From a virus (taxonomy: Duplodnaviria > Caudoviricetes), in IMG/VR virus record IMGVR_UViG_3300033120_000461, positions 9,283-73,282 of that record: a DNA stretch of 64,000 nt; one strand, written 5' to 3'. The translations under genes and the position numbers were made by a program. Position 1 is the stretch's first letter. The number at the start of each line of letters is the position of its first letter. Below, in pieces: positions 63,105 through 64,000 of the stretch. The notes below the pieces were generated by a model that ran no database searches, was not told where the DNA came from, and saw only the letters and a list, made by a program, of their open reading frames with translations.

Positions 63105-63999
63105 CCTTAGCTCCGTAGAGCTTCACAAAATTCTCAGCCATAGCTAGATTGCGATGAGGCACAACCTGAAGATTCTCAGAGGTCTGCTTTGAGAGGTCAA
63201 AGTTGCGTTCAATGAACTCTACGACATCCACGACACGAGCACCCTTCTTGAAGAGAATGTTCGGACCATGGTTATCGAGCATCACAGCACCAATCTCAGT
63301 CTGGTTCACCCTGAAGGTCTTGATGCCCTGAGAGGTGTTGGCCCCACATTCATGTGAACCGCACTCAAATTCCCTCTGAGATTGAATCTGCAAGCCATGA
63401 TCGTGACCATCCCGTAGAGGGCAGTGGAAGTGAATCACGTAGTCAAACTCAGGGTGGTTGTCGAACAAGATCATCTGAGAGCGTGCCCCAGCAGATGGGA
63501 GGGCCCCAAATGCATCGACAATCTCACCTGTCCTCTCTACTCGGACTAGGTCACGGTCTTCGAGCTTGTTGAAATCACGTCGACGACGTGACGAGTACAT
63601 CCATGTCCGTGAACCTTGTTCTGAGGACACATCCCACTTCCAGGCAAAGTGACCTACCGTGACCCCCAAAGCATTGGGTCGGTATGCGCCTCGTGAGATG
63701 GCATAGTCCACAACCTCACGGAACTCCGAAGGTGCGTCAGCCCACTCAATGAAACGCTTCTTGGGGAGCACGTTCGTACGTGTGAACGTGGCATGGCTTC
63801 TTGCGAGAGTCATGCTCACAAGTTCCTTGACAACGGCATCTCGGTCATCCGTCACAAAGTATGCGGCCTGTTCAGGACAGACAATCATGTTCCGGCGACG
63901 CTGTACATCGTTCGCAAGAACAAGGTTGGAAGATGACCTCTTCATCATCTCCACAGCCCGAGCGTACATCTCTTCGCCTGTTGCTCCTGCTGTGGTTTT
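63082..63999 (-). CDS. CoaB/Dfp-like domain fused to class II aldolase-like domain (5' partial)
   Basis: Frame open to the window edge (KTTAGATGEEMY..NLVLAND), then DLVRV..PSAGARSQ..VIHFHC and MLDNHG. Confidence 0.65.
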   Translation of the reverse strand, partial: KTTAGATGEEMYARAVEMMKRSSSNLVLANDVQRRRNMIVCPEQAAYFVTDDRDAVVKELVSMTLARSHATFTRTNVLPKKRFIEWADAPSEFREVVDYAISRGAYRPNALGVTVGHFAWKWDVSSEQGSRTWMYSSRRRRDFNKLEDRDLVRVERTGEIVDAFGALPSAGARSQMILFDNHPEFDYVIHFHCPLRDGHDHGLQIQSQREFECGSHECGANTSQGIKTFRVNQTEIGAVMLDNHGPNILFKKGARVVDVVEFIERNFDLSKQTSENLQVVPHRNLAMAENFVKLYGAKGDNHDLA

Positions 64000-64000
64000 G

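Noticed and set aside
1-64000. Diversity-generating retroelement, retron, intron or intein
   Set aside because: No reverse-transcriptase motifs, no TR/VR pair with adenine-specific differences, and no intein splice motifs seen in the long ORFs.
1-64000. Alternative genetic code (TAG/TGA recoding)
   Set aside because: ORFs up to 3599 aa are open in the standard code, gene density is high, and TGA/TAG stops coincide with coupled starts.

Overview
This 64 kb window looks like part of a large (jumbo-type) myophage genome, roughly 50-55% GC by eye, read in the standard code and almost entirely on the minus strand. Contractile-tail genes are dispersed rather than in one operon: gp25-like, baseplate J, gpI/gp7-like wedge, collar/fibre proteins, a 3599-aa giant protein and a gp5/VgrG-like spike. 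Dense, translationally coupled clusters of small accessory genes lie between them. Recognisable accessory enzymes are a CX5R phosphatase, an ADP-ribosylglycohydrolase, an OB-fold SSB, an HNH-like protein, a beta-class DNA methyltransferase, a Slx1-like GIY-YIG nuclease, a GNAT, an AlkB fusion, a DEDDh exonuclease and a CoaB-like/class II aldolase fusion cut by the window end. The most striking feature not explained by genes is a dispersed ~33-nt stem-loop family: six clear copies plus one degenerate, all in the same orientation, with compensatory stem changes (U-A, U.G, C-G). Also present are SD-occluding hairpins ahead of two virion genes, a CCTAT(C/G/T) candidate late promoter and a tRNA-like element with a G3:U70 acceptor but a broken anticodon arm. 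No CRISPR array, reverse transcriptase or integrase was seen. All family calls come from motif recognition by eye; no searches were run.
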